A DNA stretch of 64,000 bases. It comes from an uncultured Bdellovibrio sp. (GTDB taxonomy: Bacteria > Bdellovibrionota > Bdellovibrionia > Bdellovibrionales > Bdellovibrionaceae). Of the stretch, positions 57,101 to 64,000 are shown one piece after another (position 1 is the stretch's first letter; every line of letters begins with the position of its first letter). Location: positions 32,001 through 96,000 of the forward strand of contig CAWVRN010000003.1 of the NCBI GenBank assembly GCA_963932905.1, given 5' to 3'. The notes below the pieces were generated by a model. That model was given only the letters and a program-made list of their open reading frames with translations, was not told the origin of the DNA and ran no database searches. The position numbers and the translations under genes were made by a program.

Positions 57101-57289
57101 TCTTTCAATTTCTTCAGCGGATAGCCCCGGAACCTGGGTAAAAATTTGCACCTGATTATTTGTGATATCAGGAACTGCATCAATTGACATATGAGTAAAG
57201 CCATACCAGCCAATGCCTGCAAATAAGAGCGTTAAAAATAGTACAATATTTCGATTATAAACGGAAAAATGGATTATCTTATTAATCAT
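54140..57289 (-). CDS. czcA: CzcA-type divalent-metal RND permease
   Basis: IDAVPDIT.NQV, LGALDFGIIVDG, RLRPVLMT, GAEVQRPLA. Confidence 0.9.
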   Translation of the reverse strand: MINKIIHFSVYNRNIVLFLTLLFAGIGWYGFTHMSIDAVPDITNNQVQIFTQVPGLSAEEIERTVTYPVETSMSGIAGVEQLRSLSRFGLSVVVVVFEDGMDIYRARQMVSERLISVQSDLPKGAQPKLGPITTGLGEIFFYTIEAAKIETGEKRLEQLMELRSIQEFLVKPRLLTVPGVAEVNTIGGFEKQFHIQPNPRKLTEFGISFEDITEALENTNRNTGGGYIQQTSEQFIVQGNGLFTSVEDIESTPVKNIDSLRSILIKDIAQVTLASELRTGAALVGEEEAVLGTAMMLLGENSRIVSTRVAERLKEIQESLPAGYKITPVYDRSELVNATLSTIEHNLLIGATLVIVILLLLLGNIRAAVITAFVIPLSLLLTFIAMKRFGISGNLLSLGALDFGIIVDGAVIVLDHCVRKIRDRAKDLNRSLSRDEVQATVYNATVEIRTAAGFGELIVVVVFLPVLALQGIEGKMFQPMAATFAIAVFSALILSFSTVPALASLFLKGDLKEKEPWLMQLAERLYSPFLALAVRFRKATVAVGVISLILGIFLFSRLGGEFLPQMDEASRTFQFVRPVNIGIDQSVVLQKKSQKIISEFPEVKTVFSRIGTAEVATDPMGVNLADTFIMFKDRSEWPKGEGASKTWAEVTSKIQARLEEEIAGQRVLISQPIQMRFNELLEGTRADVSVKVFGEEMETMTEISEQIAKALREVKGSGDVEVEVQGTSPMLRIIPKASLLSNIGIPGKEVLETVGIALGGEEVGHIFEGVRRFPIIVRLNEADRMNLELVRNLPVEVGERATAPLKQVADIRFDETFGAINREQSKRRTAVMINPRGVDTETFVLNAQKKVAEKVKIPPGYYLEWGGNFKNLQVARLRLLIFAPIVLLLVLAMVFWAFRSLPQTALVFVGVPLALVGGVLGLKLNGLPFSISAGIGFIALSGISVLNGIVLVNCFNDLHLKGLRGVGLVKHGTLLRLRPVLMTALVAMFGFLPMMVSTGVGAEVQRPLASVVIGGLFSATALTLLVLPTLYLIFERYMKVDPARTPSVH

Positions 57290-57291
57290 GT

Positions 57292-57741
57292 TTAGTCCGC
57301 ACAGGCATCTGCTTCTGGGCCAAAAATATCAAGTTCCACAACACGAATTAGTCCCCCATTTGCAACAACAACCTGATCTCCAGGTATTAGTTCCTTTGTT
57401 GAGAAAACAGCCATGGCGCCTTGAACACGGGGTTCAATTTCTACCATGCGAAACCAACCATCACGCAAGCGATAAACGGCCATGAAGTCTTGAAACTGAA
57501 CTAAAGCTGAAGTAGGAACTGTAAATTCACCTAGTGAGTTTATTTTTTTAAAGCTAAGAGAAAAATTCTTAATGGCCTTTTCCGATAGCTTGAGCCCATC
57601 TTTTTCAGACGCGGCTAATACCGCTTTATTTGGCCCAACACGATCCTTTTTACCGCCACCCTCTTCTGCCTCTTCCGCGCTAACTATAAGAGAAACACTT
57701 AAGAAGGATAAAATTAATAAAAATGATTTCAAATTTTTCAC
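57292..57741 (-). CDS. Minimal CzcB-like adaptor (membrane-proximal domain only)
   Basis: 149 aa; VP.SALV....VY....F..V.I; L.PGDQVV..G. Confidence 0.65.
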   Translation of the reverse strand: MKNLKSFLLILSFLSVSLIVSAEEAEEGGGKKDRVGPNKAVLAASEKDGLKLSEKAIKNFSLSFKKINSLGEFTVPTSALVQFQDFMAVYRLRDGWFRMVEIEPRVQGAMAVFSTKELIPGDQVVVANGGLIRVVELDIFGPEADACAD

Positions 57742-58943
57742 GGTAACTCCACTGAAGAAGAATTAGTTAAATATTGAAGACGCACCCACATTTGCCAAGC
57801 CGACAACTCTGCATGATGGGTTTGCTCTACTAGCTCCATCGACGATCGATAAGTTTCAATTAAAGATGTCGGCGGAATTAATCCTCGAGAAAATGAACTC
57901 TCACTTTCTTTAATAGAATTCACTATTAGTTCTGATTTTAAGTTCTTCTCAAGCTTTTGCACAACCTTATGATAACTGGCTCGTAAAATTTCGAAGTCTT
58001 GCTGAATTCTTTTTTTGATAGCTTCAGTTGTAAGCTTTTTAGCATTTAATTTTGCCTGCGCAAGATTGCGTCCGCCCTGATTTTGATTCCAAAGCGGGAT
58101 CGTGACGCCTGCTTTTATGCCCCAAGAGGTTTCTTTACTTTCTGACTCATGCTCATAACTTGGGCCAATCTTAAAATCAGGCCAAGATTCGCTGTTGGCT
58201 AGAGACGATTCCGCCTGGGCAAATTTTTGCTGGGCTTTAGCTAATCTAATCTCTAAAAGGTTTTCTATGTTTAAAACATCAAACTTGGGCCACTTATCTA
58301 GTGGAGCAAGCCCTAGCTTGTCCGAGGCCTTAATTGGACGGCCGATACTGAACTCAATAGCCTTAGTTACTTTCTGAATATCTTTTTCGAGCTCCATCTT
58401 TTTAAAATCGATCGTTCCGAGATAAAGTGTAAAAAGGCGAAGCGACGCTTTTTGATCAGGAGGAAGTGCTACCTTTCGTTTTAAAACTGAAGTGATTTTC
58501 TCTATTGCCGAAGTTGTTTCAATTAAAATTTGCTCCTGTTCCCTAAGGTGATGCAGGCGTGCTAAAGCCTCAATTGAATCAGTCAAAATTTGAACCCGCG
58601 TAATTTCATCTTCAGCACTAATAGTTTCATTTTCACTTTTAGCAACTTCAATGCGGGCTGATCTTTTTCCACCGAGTTCGAGTTTTTGAACAAGATCAAT
58701 TTCTACTTTTTTCTCTCCTGATAAATTAGTTTTCGCATCAAGTTCTGGATTTGGAAGCTGGCTTGCTAACGACTTGCGGGCTTCGAACTCCGTAGCCCGT
58801 GTTTCTAAAACCTTAAGCTCTGGATGATTCTTAACTATGCAAACAAGCGCTTCCCTAGATGACTTTAAAACCTCTGGACAGGAAGACGCCAGAGTTGTCT
58901 CAAAAACTAACGCGAAAAAAATGATAACTAGGACCTTGTTCAT
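57738..58943 (-). CDS. CzcC/TolC-family outer-membrane protein
   Basis: PNPEL, Q.LELGGKR.AR, WPD...GP, IPLWNQNQG. Confidence 0.88.
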   Translation of the reverse strand: MNKVLVIIFFALVFETTLASSCPEVLKSSREALVCIVKNHPELKVLETRATEFEARKSLASQLPNPELDAKTNLSGEKKVEIDLVQKLELGGKRSARIEVAKSENETISAEDEITRVQILTDSIEALARLHHLREQEQILIETTSAIEKITSVLKRKVALPPDQKASLRLFTLYLGTIDFKKMELEKDIQKVTKAIEFSIGRPIKASDKLGLAPLDKWPKFDVLNIENLLEIRLAKAQQKFAQAESSLANSESWPDFKIGPSYEHESESKETSWGIKAGVTIPLWNQNQGGRNLAQAKLNAKKLTTEAIKKRIQQDFEILRASYHKVVQKLEKNLKSELIVNSIKESESSFSRGLIPPTSLIETYRSSMELVEQTHHAELSAWQMWVRLQYLTNSSSVELP

Positions 58944-59359
58944 CCCATACCTCTACCTTTGACTTTTTTTTCACTTTGTACAAAGCTTGGACCCTCTTTT
59001 TTACAGCGGCTACCTGTTCGTTTTTCGGTTTCTTCCCGAAACCTCTTTTCGTCTTCTTTAAAAATCTGTTCAAAACCTTGAAGGTCTTCAACCAAGCGAT
59101 AGTATGGCTTTAACCTGACATCGTTTATAAGGCGGTGATAAACCCATCTGCCATCCTTTTGAGCGCTTAAAAGACCGGACTGCCTTAGAATTTTCAAATG
59201 ACGTGAAACGTTGTACTCAGGTTCTTGCAAACTGTCTGAAAACTCACATAAGCAAGCTTCTTCTTTTGGATTTTTTAAAAGCACACGCAAAATTCGCAAT
59301 CGTGTTCTATCAGATAGAGCTTGAAGTATCGTGATTGGATCAATATTTATAGAATACAT
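58940..59359 (-). CDS. ArsR/SmtB-family repressor
   Basis: ALSD.TRLRI, CLCE, VSRHL..L..SGL....DGRWVY. Confidence 0.92.
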   Translation of the reverse strand: MYSINIDPITILQALSDRTRLRILRVLLKNPKEEACLCEFSDSLQEPEYNVSRHLKILRQSGLLSAQKDGRWVYHRLINDVRLKPYYRLVEDLQGFEQIFKEDEKRFREETEKRTGSRCKKEGPSFVQSEKKVKGRGMG

Positions 59360-59383
59360 ACTTGCATACTAATGCAAGTATGT
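59356..59383. promoter_or_regulatory. ArsR-type operator ACATACTTGCAT-N4-ATGCAAGTATGT
   Basis: Perfect 12-4-12 IR overlapping the arsR start codon, between divergent genes. Confidence 0.8.
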
Positions 59384-59418
59384 TAAAAATTCAAGAAATA
59401 CTTTTTGGAGGTTAAAAT

Positions 59419-59664
59419 ATGTCTTTTTCAATTTTACGTGGTCTTGTTATCGCTGCAATGATGCTCACATTAAGCCCTTCTGCATTTGCAGAAGAAAAAT
59501 TCGACTTGGTTTCGGTATGTAAGAAAGATTGCCCCAAAGCTAAAAATAATGAAGAAGCACATAAATGTGCAGAAAAAATCGGGCGACTTAACAAAGAATT
59601 TCGAAAATCTAAGTGCTGGGAAGTGAACGAGCAGTATGAAAAAACTCGTGAATCAAAAGAGTAA
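59419..59664 (+). CDS. Small secreted 4-Cys protein
   Basis: GGAGG RBS, signal peptide ending AFA; CKKDC...HKC...KC. Confidence 0.7.
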   Translation: MSFSILRGLVIAAMMLTLSPSAFAEEKFDLVSVCKKDCPKAKNNEEAHKCAEKIGRLNKEFRKSKCWEVNEQYEKTRESKE

Positions 59665-59680
59665 CAGCTAAGCGGCAACC

Positions 59681-59706
59681 CCTCCCAATTCTGTAGATTT
59701 GGGAGG
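59681..59706. terminator. Hairpin between convergent genes
   Basis: CCTCCCAA-N10-TTGGGAGG. Confidence 0.55.
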
Positions 59707-59711
59707 ACCTG

Positions 59712-60560
59712 CTACTTACTACCAGCGTTTGAACTAGAGATTTTTAAAATTGCAATGGCTCCTCTAAAAACCACGATCGCGATTAGAAAACCAATAATCA
59801 AATCTGGCAATCTAGAACTTGTTGCTGTAACCAGAATACCAGCGATAAGAACGCCAATATTAGCAATCACATCGTTAGCTGAAAAAATTTGACTGGCCTT
59901 CATATGAACGCCACCATCTCTGTGGCGAGATATCAATACAAGGCACGTCACATTTGCGGCGAGTGCAACCAAAGATACCCACATCATATAGCTTGCCTCC
60001 GGATCACTTCCGAATGCAAATCGCCTAACTACTTCGATAAGTGCAAAAGCAGCAAGAAACATTTGTGCGTATCCGCTTAACCTGGCCGCTTTGTCCTGTA
60101 GAACTATCGACTTGCCAACGGCATAGAGACTCACCCCATATACCGCGGCATCTGCGAACATATCCATTGAATCGGCAATAAGCCCAGTACTTTGCGCAAT
60201 CACTCCTAAGATAATTTCAAAAACGAACATAGCTGCATTGATACCAAGTAGGATTTTGAGCACCCTTGCTTCAGAGCCCTCAGCGCCGCTGGCCTTCGCT
60301 TTTTCGAGCTGAAGAAGGTTTTCCTCAACCTCTGAAAGCTCATTGGTTTCAACGTGTACAGCACCAAAATTCAAAGGTTCTAGCTTTTTTAGAATTTCTT
60401 TTTCGTCTGCTTCATGAAATGCGGTTAATATTCTTCCCGCCAGATCAAATTGAAGATGTGAAATTCCAGCCTGGCTACTTAATGCCATTCGAATCAACTT
60501 CTCTTCGGAAGGACAATCCATTTTCGGAACATTAAATTTTGACCGCTTTATCTCTCCCAC
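59712..60560 (-). CDS. CDF-family cation efflux transporter with N-terminal HMA-like domain
   Basis: MDCPSEE; LIADS.DM.ADA.VY; SAND..AN. Confidence 0.9.
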   Translation of the reverse strand: MGEIKRSKFNVPKMDCPSEEKLIRMALSSQAGISHLQFDLAGRILTAFHEADEKEILKKLEPLNFGAVHVETNELSEVEENLLQLEKAKASGAEGSEARVLKILLGINAAMFVFEIILGVIAQSTGLIADSMDMFADAAVYGVSLYAVGKSIVLQDKAARLSGYAQMFLAAFALIEVVRRFAFGSDPEASYMMWVSLVALAANVTCLVLISRHRDGGVHMKASQIFSANDVIANIGVLIAGILVTATSSRLPDLIIGFLIAIVVFRGAIAILKISSSNAGSK

Positions 60561-60964
60561 TACTTCCTCAATTTTCGGATTTCATCGGTGACTTGGCTCG
60601 CCTGACGACAACGACCAGCTTCTCTTTTGCTGAGACGTTTTTCAAATCTATGAAGGTCATGCGCGGCTTCGCTATCGAAATCAGGAAATGCAGCCACAGC
60701 TTTGTGTATAAGCTTTAGGAATTTTTCGCTTTGGACGAGTGAATGATAAATCCATTTTCCATCACGCACGGATGCAATAACACCTGAACTTCTTAAAATT
60801 TTTACATGTCTCGAAAGCTTGTACTCAGGCTCTTTAAGTGCTTCCGACAGTTCGCATAAGCAGAGCTCAGTTTTCGAACTCAGCATAAGCCTCAAAATAC
60901 GAATTCGATAAGGGTCGGAAAGCGCTTGAAATATCTCATGGAGGGTAATGTTTATTCTATGCAT
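60560..60964 (-). CDS. ArsR/SmtB-family repressor (paralog of 58940..59359)
   Basis: MHRINI..FQALSD aligns with MYSINI..LQALSD, fixing the start at 60964; ELCLCEL. Confidence 0.92.
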   Translation of the reverse strand: MHRINITLHEIFQALSDPYRIRILRLMLSSKTELCLCELSEALKEPEYKLSRHVKILRSSGVIASVRDGKWIYHSLVQSEKFLKLIHKAVAAFPDFDSEAAHDLHRFEKRLSKREAGRCRQASQVTDEIRKLRK

Positions 60965-60985
60965 GGGCATAAACATATACATCAT

Positions 60986-61001
60986 TTGCGTTTATATGCA
61001 A
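60986..61001. promoter_or_regulatory. Second ArsR-type operator core TTGCGT-N4-ATGCAA
   Basis: One mismatch to the TTGCAT-N4-ATGCAA core at 59362-59377. Confidence 0.6.
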
Positions 61002-61083
61002 CTGTTTGTCATTTAGTTTTCAGCTCTGGTGATTTTTTTGATTTTTACTTTTAATTTGGCAATAAATAACATAGGACGATTAA

Positions 61084-62967
61084 ATGAAAAACTTAGCTCT
61101 GATTGCCTGGTTCACACTATTTAGTTCCACTTCTTTTGCCCAGTCCCAAGAATCAAAGTCCTCGCCTGAGCTAGTAGTTCATCTTCTTGATTACCTGGCT
61201 AAAGATTATGGCGGCGCCGTTCATGACGGAAAAGTAGTTAGTGCCTCAGAGTATGCAGAGCAAATCGAATTTGCTGATATTGTCAGGAAGAATGCTTTAG
61301 GAACCGAAAAACTAAATACCGACAGTGCCTTTTTGGAAGAGGTTAAATCTCTTCAGGAAATAATTCGATCAAAAGGCTCCACAGACAAAGTTGCTAAACT
61401 TGCCCGCAAACTTCAGCAAGACGCAATCAGGATTGCAAAAATTGATGTTGCACCCAGCAGCACCCCCGATTTATCAAATGGGGCTAAACTATATCAAACA
61501 AGTTGCTCTGCCTGCCATGGAAATACAGGCTTCGGTGACGGAGCTGCTGGAGTGGGACTAGATCCAAAGCCTGCAAACTTTCATGACCTAGACCTAGTTT
61601 GGAATAGCGCTCCCTATAAGTTTTTTAATACTATCCGTCTCGGTGTACCCGGAACAGGAATGGCCGCCTTCGCACAATTGTCTGATAAGGAAATTTGGGA
61701 TTTGGCTTTCTATTTAAAGGCTCTTCCATTTAAAAATAATATTCATAGCCACCGTCCCGCCAAGATAAGCCTTAAAGACACGGCTACCCTTACGGACCAA
61801 GAAATCTCGCTTCAGCTTGGTGACGACAGTAAAGAGACTCGCCATGCAATTGCATCTCTTCGAGCAATCGGCTCGGTGTCTGAAAATGGCAATCCATTAG
61901 AAACGGCTGAAAAACTCCTTTCAGAAAGTGTTGAAGCGGTAAAGTCCGGTGATTACAATAAAGCTAACGAGCTTGCTCTTAGGGCTTATCTAGAAGGTAT
62001 TGAGCCCATAGAGCCAAAGATGAAAGCGAATCTTCCCGGCTTTGTGGAAGAAATTGAAAGCCTCATGAGCGTATATCGCGCGCAACTCAACAGGAAAGAA
62101 TCAATACCTAAAATCGAATCTCAAAAAAAAGAAATTTTCGGAAAGCTTAATGAGGTTAAAAAACTTTTTGCGGAAACGAAAATGTCCCCAGGGGTTGCAT
62201 TCGGAGCTGCTTTTTCAATTTTTCTTCGTGAAGGATTTGAAGCCGTTCTGATTATTATTATTTTGATCAGCATTTTAAAAGCTATGAATCAACCTCAGGC
62301 AATACGATGGGTTCACGTAGGTTGGGCATCTGCAGTCGCTGTAGGAATTGGTGGATGGTTTGCTTCTGGATTACTTTTTTCAATGAGCGGCCTGAGTCGC
62401 GAGCTAATGGAAGGCGGCATCTCACTTCTTGCTGTCATTGTTTTAGTATACGTTGGGTTTTGGCTACATCGATATGCAGAAATGAAGAAATGGCGCGCTT
62501 TTCTTGAGAGCAAACTTAAGGCGGGCCTTACCAAAGGAAACTCCTTTGGGTTAGCGGTCGTAGCATTTATGGCCGTCTTTCGCGAGGCATTTGAGGTTGT
62601 CTTATTTCTTCGCGCAATCTGGATAGATCTTGACCCTTCAGGACAAAATGTGGCTGGGCTTGGAATTCTGGCATCACTTGTGATCCTAGTTGTACTTTCA
62701 TACTTTGCCATTAGAGAAAGTAGGAAACTTCCTTTGGGAGTACTTTTTCAAGTTTGCTCTTGGACAATGATGGCTTTAGCTATAATCTTGATCGGCAAAG
62801 GAATTCATTCACTACAAGAAGCCGGCTTCATTGGCATTAACCCAGCGGGCGTTGCCGTTCGGATTGACTTGCTAGGAATATACCCGAGCTATCAGACGTT
62901 GTTTGCACAACTAATTCTTATATGCCTATTTGCGGTCTTGCTATTAAAAGACCGCAAAAATCAATGA
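61084..62967 (+). CDS. Cytochrome c-FTR1/EfeU (PbrT-like) iron/lead permease
   Basis: LLDY...DY..AV...EY.EQ.EF; CSACHG..GTGM; REGFE and REAFE motifs; LQEAG. Confidence 0.9.
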   Translation: MKNLALIAWFTLFSSTSFAQSQESKSSPELVVHLLDYLAKDYGGAVHDGKVVSASEYAEQIEFADIVRKNALGTEKLNTDSAFLEEVKSLQEIIRSKGSTDKVAKLARKLQQDAIRIAKIDVAPSSTPDLSNGAKLYQTSCSACHGNTGFGDGAAGVGLDPKPANFHDLDLVWNSAPYKFFNTIRLGVPGTGMAAFAQLSDKEIWDLAFYLKALPFKNNIHSHRPAKISLKDTATLTDQEISLQLGDDSKETRHAIASLRAIGSVSENGNPLETAEKLLSESVEAVKSGDYNKANELALRAYLEGIEPIEPKMKANLPGFVEEIESLMSVYRAQLNRKESIPKIESQKKEIFGKLNEVKKLFAETKMSPGVAFGAAFSIFLREGFEAVLIIIILISILKAMNQPQAIRWVHVGWASAVAVGIGGWFASGLLFSMSGLSRELMEGGISLLAVIVLVYVGFWLHRYAEMKKWRAFLESKLKAGLTKGNSFGLAVVAFMAVFREAFEVVLFLRAIWIDLDPSGQNVAGLGILASLVILVVLSYFAIRESRKLPLGVLFQVCSWTMMALAIILIGKGIHSLQEAGFIGINPAGVAVRIDLLGIYPSYQTLFAQLILICLFAVLLLKDRKNQ

Positions 62968-63592
62968 TTCTTCTTTGAACTAAAAAGCAATTCGAAGACT
63001 GTGGTTATCCCTAACAGCAACAGCCTGGCAGATGTTGAAGTATTGCATACTTATATTTCGATATGAGATCTTATTCCTTATGCTTATCAGAAAGAAGCGA
63101 AAATTTTAGCTGCATAAGAAAAAGAATTCCTGACAACATTCCAAATGGTAAACCTGGCCCCTCACATCCCTTTTCAAGTATGATCCCGTTTTCGCTAGCA
63201 TATCTTTTATATGTTAGGAGTAGCATTAGCGAAACTGCCATAGATAAAAACCATTGAAATATAATAATGATGTTGGAATTCCATCTTACTTTTGGAACTC
63301 TTACTTCCACGGCCTCAATCAAAAACTGCATTTGGTTTGAAAACGGCTTCATCACTTTAATAGTGTTGCCTCAGGATACTATTGTCAATTTGTGTCCCGA
63401 CTCGTTTATGACTACGGACGTTCTAATATTGTAGTGATCACTAAAAGAGAGTCTCTTGTATTTATCGAGTATAGTATTGACCCTTACTGCTCATCATGTT
63501 TATCATCTTTGAAGATGGATAATTTGAGAACCGTGTTTATAGAAATACCAATTGTTCTATTTTTTTTTGGAATCAAAACAGGTAAATAATCA

Positions 63593-63976
63593 ATGAATTG
63601 CCTTAGCAAAATCGTACGGAATAGTTTAAATACACTCTCGATATTCATGATTTTTGTTCTTGCGACCGTTGCCATTCAACCCGAAATTGATCGGTGCATG
63701 GATACTTCATTACTTGGATCACTTGATAAACCTCCAAATTCTGGAAGCAAGGTAATGATTCTCGAATTATCTGAACGCAATTCTTCTGAAACAAACCAAT
63801 CTAAATTACCATTCAACTTTTTTTGCCATCAAGGGGACCTTTGCCATTTAGCATTCATGTCTATACATAATTACGTTTCACCCCTAGTAAAAAAGACACC
63901 TCAATCGGTAGTTTTTTTGCCTCCCATGCAACCGGATTTAGATGGGCCTTTTCAGCCGCCAAAAATCCAGATTTAA
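63593..63976 (+). CDS. Hypothetical protein with CH...CH and C-terminal QPP (DUF2946-like)
   Basis: Hydrophobic N-terminus; CHQGDLCH; PDLDGPFQPPK. Confidence 0.5.
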   Translation: MNCLSKIVRNSLNTLSIFMIFVLATVAIQPEIDRCMDTSLLGSLDKPPNSGSKVMILELSERNSSETNQSKLPFNFFCHQGDLCHLAFMSIHNYVSPLVKKTPQSVVFLPPMQPDLDGPFQPPKIQI

Positions 63977-64000
63977 TTTTACCATCTGAAAATTAAATCT

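Noticed and set aside
63063..63675. Several small ORFs on both strands
   Set aside because: No convincing RBS or family motifs; possibly decayed sequence.

Overview
Accessory (genomic-island) DNA, roughly 38% GC by eye. Gene style suggests a diderm, probably Bdellovibrionota-like bacterium (inference). Left to right: (1) the tail of a TPR gene, a 52-bp 3' fragment of initiator tRNA-Met (att-like) with integrase-arm-like tandem repeats, and a small hairpin-rich remnant. (2) A 2641-aa Ig/NHL/YD-repeat (teneurin-like Rhs) protein with a C-terminal phospholipase-A2-motif tip, followed by three paralogous small outer-membrane beta-barrel genes. (3) An IS1380-family remnant. (4) A compact ~13-kb minus-strand ICE core: tyrosine integrase, excisionase, RHH protein, TraV-like lipoprotein, Replic_Relax/MOBC-like relaxase, FtsK/TcpA-type ATPase and VirB2/3/4/5/6/8/9/10-like genes, with no VirB11, VirD4 or HUH relaxase seen. 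(5) About 37 kb of heavy-metal cargo: ArsC, an ECF sigma/anti-sigma pair with four matching TGTCACA-N15-TCGTAT promoters, three HME-RND/TolC systems with truncated or absent adaptors, a CsoR-led cytochrome/heme-porin/YceI/ankyrin-cupredoxin/multicopper-oxidase/3xDUF305 cluster, CueR-CopA with two CueR boxes, two ArsR units, a CDF transporter and a cytochrome c-FTR1 permease. No CRISPR array, rRNA or complete tRNA was seen. All calls come from motif reading; no database searches were run.
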